Virus record (IMG/VR): IMGVR_UViG_3300044675_001501
Span: 128,001-169,497 of that record
Origin: a virus
Taxonomy: Duplodnaviria > Heunggongvirae > Uroviricota > Caudoviricetes
Reading direction: 5' to 3' (one strand)
Length of the DNA stretch: 41,497 bases
Shown: positions 1-8,318 of the stretch, in pieces
Layout: the number at the start of each line of letters is the position of its first letter
Numbering within the stretch: the stretch's first letter is position 1
The notes under the pieces: model-generated
Seen by the model: the letters and a program-made list of their open reading frames with translations, nothing else
Told to the model about the DNA's origin: nothing
The model's database searches: none
Made by a program: the position numbers and the translations under genes

Positions 1-123
1 TTCACGTTGGTTAGTACGCTTGTATGCTTTCTTGCTGGTCTCTACACGCTTACGATATTTCGGAGTGCGCAGATCCATAGCAACAAAGTTGCGTGGTTTC
101 AAGTTTTTAACAGTTATCTTCAT
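1..123 (-). CDS. Small basic protein, ArfA-like; runs off window edge
   Basis: Manual translation from ATG at 123: MKITVKNLKPRNFVAMDLRTPKYRKRVETSKKAYKRTNQRE..., directly downstream of a sigma70 promoter; resembles the ArfA core LxxPxFRxRVExxKK. Confidence 0.55.
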   Translation of the reverse strand, partial: MKITVKNLKPRNFVAMDLRTPKYRKRVETSKKAYKRTNQRE

Positions 124-129
124 AGTAAT

Positions 130-158
130 ATTATACATCCAACGTGAATTAAAGGCAA
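130..158 (-). promoter_or_regulatory. Sigma70-type early promoter
   Basis: Minus strand TTGCCT-N17-TATAAT; ATG follows the -10 by 6 nt. Confidence 0.8.
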
Positions 159-170
159 GCGAACTTGCAA

Positions 171-521
171 TTATCTCCAAGTTCGATGTTCCTCTGCTAC
201 ATGTTCCAAACCATCATACTCTACGATATGCCAGTTTACATCTTCTGGAATTTCGCAAACCTTGAGACTAGACCATTTTCCATTTGCTTTCCCACCAAGT
301 TCTTCAACAGCTTGAACAAGAGCAGGATCGTCTCTAGAAATGTCATTGTCAAAGAAATAGTTATCTTCATCAATCTCATCTGTGTAGTAGTCGTAAGGGA
401 TAAGAGAATTATCCCTCTCAACTGAGATTAGTTTGATGCCTTTAATCTCAGCATAGCGAAGCATTGCTTCATGCGAAAGACCAAAGCCACCAAAGTCAAT
501 GTTAATTACAATTTTTCTCAT
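171..521 (-). CDS. Conserved phage hypothetical protein (116 aa)
   Basis: KIVINIDFGGFGLS...RDDPALVQAVEELG...EYDGLEHVAE pattern typical of a widespread phage family; ATGA overlap with upstream gene. Confidence 0.75.
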   Translation of the reverse strand: MRKIVINIDFGGFGLSHEAMLRYAEIKGIKLISVERDNSLIPYDYYTDEIDEDNYFFDNDISRDDPALVQAVEELGGKANGKWSSLKVCEIPEDVNWHIVEYDGLEHVAEEHRTWR

Positions 522-793
522 TTCGTTACCTTCACTGTATCCGATCTTAATTTCTCTAAATGTCGTGCGAGTTTGCTATATTCCTCTTCAGTAATATTAG
601 CAAATGGGTCATTTGCGTTTTGCGGATGACTTGCGAACAAGTTAAAACTCTCACGTGTAAAAATAGTAATCGGTTTCCAGTAGTTGGAAATAATGTTGTT
701 AATTACTACTGCGCAAACCACAATAGAAATTAAACCCAGCATTATAAGAATAGATGCGCCCAACCAGATTGCTGCTTGATCCATACCAATCAT
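518..793 (-). CDS. Hypothetical membrane protein (91 aa)
   Basis: N-terminal hydrophobic helix AAIWLGASILIMLGLISIVVCAVVI; coupled to neighbours by 4-nt overlaps. Confidence 0.7.
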   Translation of the reverse strand: MIGMDQAAIWLGASILIMLGLISIVVCAVVINNIISNYWKPITIFTRESFNLFASHPQNANDPFANITEEEYSKLARHLEKLRSDTVKVTK

Positions 794-2094
794 GTTATCT
801 CCTTAGAATTATCTGCACGATTTTTGTCTTCGCGGATTTCGATAAAGATGGGTAAGAACAAACTTTCTTCACCAAGTTTATTTTTAATCCGAGCATTGTA
901 TTTGACAGAGACAATCTTGCCCAAAAGATCCTTCTCCTTAAACGTCTTGCGATGTGTGTCATTGAATCCACTTCCCACGTTTACTTTAACAACACCATCG
1001 CTCGACTCACAAACGATAGCACCGAGCATACCTTCATACTTCCCAGTACCTTCTTCCACTGCAACAATCTTCAAATCGCATTCAAGTTCACCTTTGAATT
1101 TGATTTGATGCTTTGCTCTTTTATCTTCCCATGGACCAGAGCCATCTTTTAGAATGATACCCTCAAGACCTTGGGTGAGATATTTATTAAAGATTTCGTT
1201 GGCTTCGTCAAGTGTGTTAACGATATCACTAGTAACCAACCAAACCTTCTTATTCTTAGAACTCTGACCATCGATCAAAGTTTTAACTGAAGCAAACCGA
1301 GTGCTATATGGAGTGGGGCAATATCCGTCAACAAAATACATATACGGAATCACATCCCAAACAGTAGCGTGAACCATTGCTGCTTCTTTCGCAGAAATAG
1401 TTCCTTTGTTTGCTTTGTTCAAAATGCCATTACCTGTTTGACGATCTAGGAATTGGTATCCATCAGGATCCATTACCATGAGTTCACCATCAAACACGCA
1501 ATCAATACCATTAGCAAGAGCAGTAAACTCAGCCTCTAGATTACCAAGAAGCTGAATCTCTTTTCCATTACGTGAACGAAATTCTACCTTGCCTTCCCGC
1601 ACGATGGCGTTGAATCTCATACCATCCATCTTTAATTGGACGTATGCGGGGAATTTCACCTTGTCGATCAACTTCTGTTCGTAACCAGAGCACAGCATCA
1701 CTGGATACTCTTTGATTAACCCACCCCACACTGCGTTTGCGGTTGAGACTTGGACGCCACATTTTAGATCCTTTTGAATAATTCGTTCAATAACTTTAGC
1801 ATCATCAGCAGAAACAGAACTGAGTAACATACGGAGATACTCAATTGCTGCGTTACCAGTGACGATACGCTGGGACAACTCAAACAAACCACCGATTGCG
1901 TTTTGCAGACTGGTGATCTTGTCTGATGTTTCATAAGATGGAATCTTACGAATATAAAACTGAGTGAATGGATCGAGAGCCAAGCGCACAACTTCACGCA
2001 GGGTTTCGTTATCGCTGTTCTTTGTTAGTTGCTCGATTTTGAAATTGCGAGAACTGTTGGCAGCGAGGCTCTCAAGAAAAACATTTATGTTCAT
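790..2094 (-). CDS. gp30: ATP-dependent DNA ligase (T4 gp30-like)
   Basis: Motif I QLKMDGMR, FDGEL, EGIILK, KFK, OB-fold GSGF and LFLPIF; start set at MNINV (2094). Confidence 0.95.
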   Translation of the reverse strand: MNINVFLESLAANSSRNFKIEQLTKNSDNETLREVVRLALDPFTQFYIRKIPSYETSDKITSLQNAIGGLFELSQRIVTGNAAIEYLRMLLSSVSADDAKVIERIIQKDLKCGVQVSTANAVWGGLIKEYPVMLCSGYEQKLIDKVKFPAYVQLKMDGMRFNAIVREGKVEFRSRNGKEIQLLGNLEAEFTALANGIDCVFDGELMVMDPDGYQFLDRQTGNGILNKANKGTISAKEAAMVHATVWDVIPYMYFVDGYCPTPYSTRFASVKTLIDGQSSKNKKVWLVTSDIVNTLDEANEIFNKYLTQGLEGIILKDGSGPWEDKRAKHQIKFKGELECDLKIVAVEEGTGKYEGMLGAIVCESSDGVVKVNVGSGFNDTHRKTFKEKDLLGKIVSVKYNARIKNKLGEESLFLPIFIEIREDKNRADNSKEIT

Positions 2095-2095
2095 G

Positions 2096-2296
2096 TTATT
2101 TACCAAAGTAATTGTCAATCAGATAAGTAATTTTCTTCACAAGTTTCTTGTTCTTCTTCACATCTTCTTCATGAAGCCATTTACCTTGCGCATATTCATC
2201 GAGTTCTTTTTGAAGATAATCACGATGGTCTTTCAGCACAGTAAGGCAGATGCTATCAGCAGCTTCACATTCAATCCTATATCCGTGCTCAGGCAT
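2096..2296 (-). CDS. Hypothetical protein
   Basis: ORF fills the gap in the gene run; GGAG RBS before ATG at 2296. Confidence 0.65.
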   Translation of the reverse strand: MPEHGYRIECEAADSICLTVLKDHRDYLQKELDEYAQGKWLHEEDVKKNKKLVKKITYLIDNYFGK

Positions 2297-2627
2297 AATC
2301 AATCTCCATAAAATTTGTATCTTCAGCTAACATACTCATCAGGAAAGGAATCTCACCAGAGTTTTTCTGCTTGTTCCACTGATTGTATTTGTCTGACATA
2401 ATCATGTTAAGACCATACGCACCTTTGTGACAGCGATATACACTACCGCTAGAGCCATGGAAAAGATAGCACTGACCATCTTCCTCAACCTTAACAACTC
2501 CGCTGTTAAGTTTCCATGATTGACCCTCAAGGTAACTACCCGACCAACCAGCAAGAATCTTATACACAAGTCCTTCATCTGAATCGAATCTTAACATTAC
2601 CCAGCGATCAGGTGTATATTCATTCAT
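2289..2627 (-). CDS. Conserved phage hypothetical protein (112 aa)
   Basis: YTPDRWV...GWSGSYLEGQSWKLNSG...GSSGSVYRC pattern seen in large-phage early regions. Confidence 0.75.
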   Translation of the reverse strand: MNEYTPDRWVMLRFDSDEGLVYKILAGWSGSYLEGQSWKLNSGVVKVEEDGQCYLFHGSSGSVYRCHKGAYGLNMIMSDKYNQWNKQKNSGEIPFLMSMLAEDTNFMEIDYA

Positions 2628-2910
2628 CTGCTTTTACCTCTGTTTTGATATTAGACCATTTGTTGAGTTTCTCTGACTTGCGAACTTTCGCTTCCATAAC
2701 ACGCTGACCATCAATCACACATTCTGCCAGCAGCAAGTCAACCATACAAAGCAGATCGCCGATCTCTTCTTCTAAACTCGATAGATTGCTTTTACCTGTG
2801 GTTGGATGTTTGCTTGAAAAACCAAATCGGAAAACCTTGCTGATTGCTTGCGTTACCTCTGCGCATTCTTCTTGCGTGATCAATAGAATCTCATGTACGT
2901 TGTTGTTCAC
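2620..2910 (-). CDS. MazG-like NTP pyrophosphohydrolase
   Basis: QEECAEV...EEEIGDLL acidic motifs of the all-alpha NTP-PPase fold. Confidence 0.8.
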   Translation of the reverse strand: MNNNVHEILLITQEECAEVTQAISKVFRFGFSSKHPTTGKSNLSSLEEEIGDLLCMVDLLLAECVIDGQRVMEAKVRKSEKLNKWSNIKTEVKADE

Positions 2911-3140
2911 TTAATATACCTCATTTGAATGTGTCGCTTTGCATCAGAAACTCTATTGAATTTCTCCTTATCAATGGTAATTATACGTCCTTTGATAATT
3001 AAAGTAAAGGCATCGGTCTTGTATGTGTAAACCTTGTCTTTACCTTGCATACTTTTCTCTTTGGTGTAATTGAACCCACCGAAGAAAAGAGTTTCAACAA
3101 GTTCATCAGATGCCATCTTGGCTAGATATGAGTTGTTCAT
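2907..3140 (-). CDS. Hypothetical protein (77 aa)
   Basis: ORF translationally coupled on both sides. Confidence 0.65.
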   Translation of the reverse strand: MNNSYLAKMASDELVETLFFGGFNYTKEKSMQGKDKVYTYKTDAFTLIIKGRIITIDKEKFNRVSDAKRHIQMRYIK

Positions 3141-3835
3141 ACTACGAATCCTGTTTCATCTTTCTTGGCTTTGCCTTTGGCTTTCAGACCAACGACCACG
3201 TTTGACTCATCAAGGAATCGCAGGTCAGTTTCATCACCATTGATAACCTTGCGACCGAGATAAGTGCTAGGAACAACTTTGAACACCACAGCTACGTTCA
3301 TACCAGCACTCAAAGCGAGACGAACATCCATATCGTTACCATCTGCTTTAGAGAAAGTCAGGTGATAATTTTTGATGTCTGAAACCTTGCGACCACGTAC
3401 TTTCGTGTAGTCATAGAACTGCACTTCTGGGAAAATTTGGAAAATGTTAAGACCAGTACCGTTTACCTCATACTTTTCCCAAGCGAGATCGCTAGTGCCA
3501 TTCAAGCGGAACACGGGAATAAGACCCATCTTCTTTGCTTTAGTGATAGCACCATCAATATCGTTGGTCAAGTCATTGAAAAACTTTTCACGGTCTTCAA
3601 AGAACAACTTTGTACGACGAATACGTGCTTCTTGAATCTTGTTAGTAGTTTCACCTTTCTTCATGATACCACCACGACCAGCAGTATTCAAGCAAGCAGC
3701 AGTGCAGCCAGCAGTTCGTTTCGGGCAAACTTCCTTACCTGAAAGATCAGCGGGAGCCAAGTGAAGAACGAAAGACAGGTAGCCTTTCTTTTCGCCTTTG
3801 AGCAACTTCGGGTTACCAACAGTTAACAGCTTCAT
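3137..3835 (-). CDS. GP88-family phage protein (Cys cluster, possible Fe-S/radical-SAM-like)
   Basis: CPKRTAGCTAACLNTAGRG, RLNGTSD, FYDYTK, NYHLTFS, GDETDLRFLD motifs; AAGGA RBS before ATG at 3835. Confidence 0.75.
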   Translation of the reverse strand: MKLLTVGNPKLLKGEKKGYLSFVLHLAPADLSGKEVCPKRTAGCTAACLNTAGRGGIMKKGETTNKIQEARIRRTKLFFEDREKFFNDLTNDIDGAITKAKKMGLIPVFRLNGTSDLAWEKYEVNGTGLNIFQIFPEVQFYDYTKVRGRKVSDIKNYHLTFSKADGNDMDVRLALSAGMNVAVVFKVVPSTYLGRKVINGDETDLRFLDESNVVVGLKAKGKAKKDETGFVV

Positions 3836-3868
3836 AATATAGTCCTTATCATCAATCACTACACCGAT

Positions 3869-3897
3869 ATTATACACCGAATGTCAAATAAAGGCAA
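3869..3897 (-). promoter_or_regulatory. Sigma70-type early promoter
   Basis: TTGCCT-N17-TATAAT with TG before the -10; shares GCTTGCCTTTA with the promoter at 130-158. Confidence 0.85.
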
Positions 3898-3909
3898 GCA
3901 AAATGTAAA

Positions 3910-3934
3910 ATACCCCTACGGTTTGTAGGGGTAT
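3910..3934 (-). terminator. Perfect 10-bp inverted repeat; intrinsic terminator and/or operator
   Basis: ATACCCCTAC-GGTTT-GTAGGGGTAT, followed by T-rich sequence on the minus strand; lies at the end of the late membrane operon. Confidence 0.65.
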
Positions 3935-3941
3935 CTGTAAG

Positions 3942-4079
3942 TCATTGATTTATAAGGGTTTATTTTGAGGGAGGAGTTATCATCCTACATAGGTTTGCAA
4001 ACTCGTCCTTGCCCCCAATTATCTTATAAGGCAAGAACCACATCTCCAAATACAACTTTACCCAAAGATCAAAAAACAT
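3942..4079 (-). CDS. Small hypothetical protein (45 aa), absent from the ORF track
   Basis: TGATG overlap with upstream gene; MFFDLWVKLYLEMWFLPYKIIGGKDEFANLCRMITPPQNKTLINQ. Confidence 0.45.
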
Positions 4080-4324
4080 CACTTGGTATTCTCAGCTGCT
4101 TTCTTTTGAACAGCAGGTGGTGCCTTACGCTCAACCTTTGGTGGTTTCTTAACTCCAGGTCTTACGTCTGATGTTGGTGGTGCTTTACATTCTAATTTGC
4201 CAGCATTTTTCTTTTGCTTGCAATCAATCTTTGCTGGTGCTTTGTCAGCTGCGAATGCTGCTTTACCCAAAGGTAAGAACAGCAATGCTAGAATCATACC
4301 ACCAATTGCTAGTTCCTTCTTCAT
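4079..4324 (-). CDS. Small secreted Lys/Pro-rich protein (81 aa)
   Basis: GGAGG RBS; signal peptide MKKELAIGGMILALLFLPLGKAAFA; one Cys pair. Confidence 0.7.
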   Translation of the reverse strand: MKKELAIGGMILALLFLPLGKAAFAADKAPAKIDCKQKKNAGKLECKAPPTSDVRPGVKKPPKVERKAPPAVQKKAAENTK

Positions 4325-4325
4325 A

Positions 4326-4952
4326 TTAACCTCCGAAAATATGTACTGCTTCATTGAAGTGCTTAATACGATCATCAAGTCCAATCGTACCACCGTTGAT
4401 GCGTTTTGTCATGCCAACAAAATCACCTGCGTCAGCATAGGTATTTAGATCGTTAGCATACCAGAACCAGCAAGCTGAGTGAACAGCACCACGTGGTGTT
4501 TCTAAGTATTCTGCTGCATCTTCTGGGGAAATCTCAGCATACTCAGCGAAACGTGAGTAGTTGTCTTTACCAGTAAGTTGAATTAATCCACGACCACGAT
4601 ACTTCCAACCATCACCTGATGTCTCATCACCGTTACCCATACGATTGCGATAAGCACGATTAGCGATTGCTTGTGGGTTACGGTTGTACTTGCTTAAATC
4701 TACACCAGTGAAGTGCTTTGGCCAAATAGCTGGTAGTCTATCACCAGCATAGTTTAGATTCTCTGTTAAAGCACGATATCCACCAGACTCATGTGCTGTT
4801 TGCGCTACGAACGCAGCAACACGAGCTACTGATGTAACCTCAAATACTGGAAGCATTTCATTTAGTTCATTGAACCAAACATCAACTCCGTAAGCTGCGT
4901 TAGGAATAATTCTTCCCAACTTCTCTGCGGTAAAATCAAATTCAAAAGACAT
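4326..4952 (-). CDS. Glycoside hydrolase family 19 endolysin
   Basis: AQTAHESGG, ENLNY, GDGWKYRGRGLIQLTGKDNY, TKRINGG motifs. Confidence 0.93.
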   Translation of the reverse strand: MSFEFDFTAEKLGRIIPNAAYGVDVWFNELNEMLPVFEVTSVARVAAFVAQTAHESGGYRALTENLNYAGDRLPAIWPKHFTGVDLSKYNRNPQAIANRAYRNRMGNGDETSGDGWKYRGRGLIQLTGKDNYSRFAEYAEISPEDAAEYLETPRGAVHSACWFWYANDLNTYADAGDFVGMTKRINGGTIGLDDRIKHFNEAVHIFGG

Positions 4953-4954
4953 TG

Positions 4955-5461
4955 TTACTCTCCTGGTTTCTTAATTGAAGGGACACTTACCTTTGGTACT
5001 GGTGGTGTTTTAGGTGCTTCATCATCCATGTATGCATCTAAACCTTTTAATAGATCTTCTTTAGGTGCTGTTACAGGGGTAGTTGAAACTGTTGGCGTAG
5101 GCATCATTGGCTTTGGTGGTGTTGATGGAGAAGAACCACCGCCAGTTGGAGGCATTGGGCTTGGTCCACTTGGACGTGTCGCTGCTCCGATTGCTTGCGC
5201 TTTTAGATCTTTATCATTACCAGCTAACATAATACCAGATAGAGTACCAGTTAAGAATGTAGCGATAGGAATGATTAGTTCAAAGAACTTTTGATCAATT
5301 GGTGCCATTGCGTTTAGAGGCTGTGTTACAAAAATTAGAGAATATAACACAACGAAAACGATACCGACTAATGTTAATGCTAGGCAAATGCCGATGAAGA
5401 ACTTCAATCTCGCCATCAATTGTTCTTCAGTGTATAGAAATGATTCTTCTTTATTTTCCAC
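4955..5461 (-). CDS. Two-TM membrane protein with Pro-rich tail (holin candidate)
   Basis: AAGGAG RBS before GTG at 5461; TM segments FFIGICLALTLVGIVFVVLYSLIFV and LIIPIATFLTGTLSGIML; directly upstream of the endolysin. Confidence 0.65.
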   Translation of the reverse strand: MENKEESFLYTEEQLMARLKFFIGICLALTLVGIVFVVLYSLIFVTQPLNAMAPIDQKFFELIIPIATFLTGTLSGIMLAGNDKDLKAQAIGAATRPSGPSPMPPTGGGSSPSTPPKPMMPTPTVSTTPVTAPKEDLLKGLDAYMDDEAPKTPPVPKVSVPSIKKPGE

Positions 5462-5759
5462 AGTTTGCTCCTTTATCCAATGCCACAGGCGCAGCACCTG
5501 CTGGTGCAGGGGTTTGATTAATAGTTGTTTTAGGTAGTTCATCTTTTGGTGGTCCTAGTCTAGGGTCTCGCTGACCTTTAAAAATATGTTCAGGACAAGT
5601 TCTAGTCACGTCACAAGTCGGCAATTTGCATTGCTGAGAATCCCAATTCGCTGGATCTTGGCACGGATATCTAAATCTGTCCCCTCCAAATATTGCTAAT
5701 GCTAGTGGTGCTATTATTAATAACAACATCCATTTCGCCATCTTTTTGTCTGACTCCAT
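5451..5759 (-). CDS. Exported Cys-rich protein
   Basis: Hydrophobic N-terminus then DRFRYPCQDPANWDSQQCKLPTCDVTRTCPE (4 Cys). Confidence 0.7.
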   Translation of the reverse strand: MESDKKMAKWMLLLIIAPLALAIFGGDRFRYPCQDPANWDSQQCKLPTCDVTRTCPEHIFKGQRDPRLGPPKDELPKTTINQTPAPAGAAPVALDKGANCGK

Positions 5760-5779
5760 TCGCCATCCTTTCAAAACAC

Positions 5780-6310
5780 TTACTGATTTGCTAGAGGATT
5801 ATCTAACGCTCTTTTTATTTTTTTATCTACTTCACTTTGTACATTCTTAATTCCTTGATCAAGTTCTTTAGAGTTCTTTCTTAGTTCTGATTGAACCTCT
5901 CGAACTTGGGAGTCTACATCACGCTGTGCTTGTTTTTGATTTCTCTCTACGTTTTCAACAACACCTTCTAGTCTACGTAGATCGTTCTTTAAATCATTTT
6001 TAATATCACGTGTGTAATCTGCAGTTTTCTGTGAATTTTCTTCAATAACCGATAGTCTCTTATCAAACTCTGATAAATCTGGCGCTACATACTTGGCAAT
6101 CTTTTCCTTCATGTCCATATAATCTTTGTAAACCTCAAATGCTCCATAAAGACCACCAAGAACTGACGATACAATACCTGCGGCAATCATTAGTTTCGCT
6201 GGAGTGAATGAATATCCACCAATACTAATAACTGTGTTTTCGCTTAGGTATTTCTTTTTTGCTTCTTCTAGTTCATCAATCTTTTTGTTTACATCTGTTT
6301 CTTCTGCCAT
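5780..6310 (-). CDS. Membrane-anchored coiled-coil protein (176 aa)
   Basis: One TM segment (LMIAAGIVSSVLGGLYGAF) followed by a long heptad-rich region. Confidence 0.75.
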   Translation of the reverse strand: MAEETDVNKKIDELEEAKKKYLSENTVISIGGYSFTPAKLMIAAGIVSSVLGGLYGAFEVYKDYMDMKEKIAKYVAPDLSEFDKRLSVIEENSQKTADYTRDIKNDLKNDLRRLEGVVENVERNQKQAQRDVDSQVREVQSELRKNSKELDQGIKNVQSEVDKKIKRALDNPLANQ

Positions 6311-6324
6311 CTTTTTCTTTCCTT

Positions 6325-6642
6325 TTATTTTCTAGATGCCCATGCTGAGAAACCAACATACGCACCAACTATACCTCCAAGAGAAATCCAGTATAGTTCT
6401 AAGATACCATTTAATTGTGGTAATCTTGATTCGGGAACTAAGAACATTAAACAGAATCCTGAAGCGATTAATGCTACTAGAGAAAGCCAAGCCATTCTTC
6501 TTCTATTTTTCGCTTTCCTTTCATAGACCATCTGCTCATAACTGTCAACAGTGCCATCTTCGTTTAAGTCAATGTTCATGTTGTGGTTATCGTAGTTTGC
6601 TTCAGGTTCTCTTTTCGGTGATACTACTGGTATGTCTTTCAT
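6325..6642 (-). CDS. Two-TM membrane protein with EF-hand-like loop (holin candidate)
   Basis: DLNEDGTVDSYE fits the 12-residue EF loop; NRRRMAW basic patch followed by two TM helices. Confidence 0.7.
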   Translation of the reverse strand: MKDIPVVSPKREPEANYDNHNMNIDLNEDGTVDSYEQMVYERKAKNRRRMAWLSLVALIASGFCLMFLVPESRLPQLNGILELYWISLGGIVGAYVGFSAWASRK

Positions 6643-8318
6643 TTGCTCATCTCGTATTGTTTATTAACCATCTCTTCATAGCGAATATCGCTTTGTAAGT
6701 TTAATATTCTTTCTACTCTCTTGTTGTCTATGACCTTCTGATTCTTATAGATTTCTTTTGGTGCATACATGTTTCCATCAGTCAACTGACCCTTCAAGTA
6801 AGCATCAAATCCGACGGGAGTCTGTGTAAGAGCAGCTATGGTAGTTGCGGAATCCATTTCATTTGGCTCGCCCTTTCTTCTAGTAGTCTGGGTTTGCTTT
6901 TCGGACTCTGTAGATATATTTTGCTGCTTCTGATCAACGCCAGATAAATTATTTGCATTATTTAATTTAGGGTTTTCTTGTTTTGACTCATCCTGTCCAG
7001 TAGGATTTGCCGAAAAATTAGCCTGTAAACCGATGCCAGAGTTAGCCAAACTTAACCCTGTGCCATCAGATGGATTAGCATTCTCAGATCTACTTTCTTT
7101 TTCTGCTCTAGCTGCTACATCTAATGCTAGTTTATTTTCCCTCTCACGCTGATCTCTTAGTAGAGACATAATTAAAGAAGAAGGCGCTGCGGCAGACTTT
7201 TTATCTTCTGCTGCAGATTCTTTAACAACCTGAGGTATCCCGTCTGGAATAACAAGCGAGCCAGTAGTTGTTGTTTCTACACCACCAAGATCAACCCTCG
7301 TTGGTTCTTTAGTTGGATCCTCAGCAACTACAGCTGTTTGTGTTTGTTGAGTAGTAGGTTGCGTTGATGATGGTTCTTGTTTCTTTTGTTGCTGCTGCAG
7401 TTGTGCTGCCATAGCAGCGCCATAGCCAGAGCATTGAAAACTATAAAGGGGATTTGCGGTACACTGTTGTAGTAGGTACGCTTGAGCATATCCTGGGCAA
7501 GCAGGATCGTATAAAGAATTAATCGTACACTGTTGACTAAAATATGCCTGTTGATATCCTGGACATGTTGAATCGTATAAAGGATTTAAAGAACATTGAT
7601 AACTTTTATACGCCTCTGCATATCCTGGACAGGTTGTGCTATAAAGAGGGTTTAGTGCGCATTGGTCAACTGAATATCTTAAACTAAATGAAACATTGTT
7701 AACTTCTGGACCGTATGGACCAGCCCAACCGTTGTTATCTCTACCGATAAAACCATATTGAACTCTGCCTATCGATGTTGCTGAAAGTGGTGAGGCGAAA
7801 GTTTCGCTGTAGTTAAAGTTTGTCCAATCAAACTTATAATTTAAATTATAAGAAGTGCCGTATAATAAATTACCTGCTGCTTTATTACCAGTAGTGTCCC
7901 AGAATCTTACTAATGCTGATAATTGATCAACTCTGCCATCGTCCCAACCATTACCATTCTTAGCAGTAAATCCAAAGTTGTAACCAATGACTTTTAATCC
8001 AGTTCCTGAGTTTGGTAGTATAGATGCTATCGCTTGCTCTTGATACAAATATGTTGAGCCATAAGAAAAGTTGATATTATTTCCTGGTCTAACAATTGCA
8101 TTTGGACCACAGTATCCTGGCTGTCCACCAGACCAACATGTTAAGTTGTCTTGATAAACACCACCGACCCAAGGTGTTGTGCCACTACCAGCAACTGTTG
8201 GTAAAACAATGTTGCCAGTAGTGTATTCTTGCGTCGGATCTAATACTTGAGCATTAGAATAGTGCGAACATAAGGATGCCAAGAAGAGCACCCCAACCAG
8301 TTTTCTTATAGAAATCAT
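6639..8318 (-). CDS. Large secreted protein with Cys-rich 22-aa repeats (about 559 aa)
   Basis: Signal peptide MISIRKLVGVLFLASLCSHYSNA; Gly/Asn/aromatic beta-rich domain; four CxxNPLYxxxCPGY-type repeats; start placed at 8318. Confidence 0.75.
   Translation of the reverse strand: MISIRKLVGVLFLASLCSHYSNAQVLDPTQEYTTGNIVLPTVAGSGTTPWVGGVYQDNLTCWSGGQPGYCGPNAIVRPGNNINFSYGSTYLYQEQAIASILPNSGTGLKVIGYNFGFTAKNGNGWDDGRVDQLSALVRFWDTTGNKAAGNLLYGTSYNLNYKFDWTNFNYSETFASPLSATSIGRVQYGFIGRDNNGWAGPYGPEVNNVSFSLRYSVDQCALNPLYSTTCPGYAEAYKSYQCSLNPLYDSTCPGYQQAYFSQQCTINSLYDPACPGYAQAYLLQQCTANPLYSFQCSGYGAAMAAQLQQQQKKQEPSSTQPTTQQTQTAVVAEDPTKEPTRVDLGGVETTTTGSLVIPDGIPQVVKESAAEDKKSAAAPSSLIMSLLRDQRERENKLALDVAARAEKESRSENANPSDGTGLSLANSGIGLQANFSANPTGQDESKQENPKLNNANNLSGVDQKQQNISTESEKQTQTTRRKGEPNEMDSATTIAALTQTPVGFDAYLKGQLTDGNMYAPKEIYKNQKVIDNKRVERILNLQSDIRYEEMVNKQYEMSK
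7401..7664 (-). repeat. Four 66-bp intragenic tandem repeats
   Basis: QCALNPLYSTTCPGYAEAYKSY / QCSLNPLYDSTCPGYQQAYFSQ / QCTINSLYDPACPGYAQAYLLQ / QCTANPLYSFQCSGYGAAMAAQ. Confidence 0.85.
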
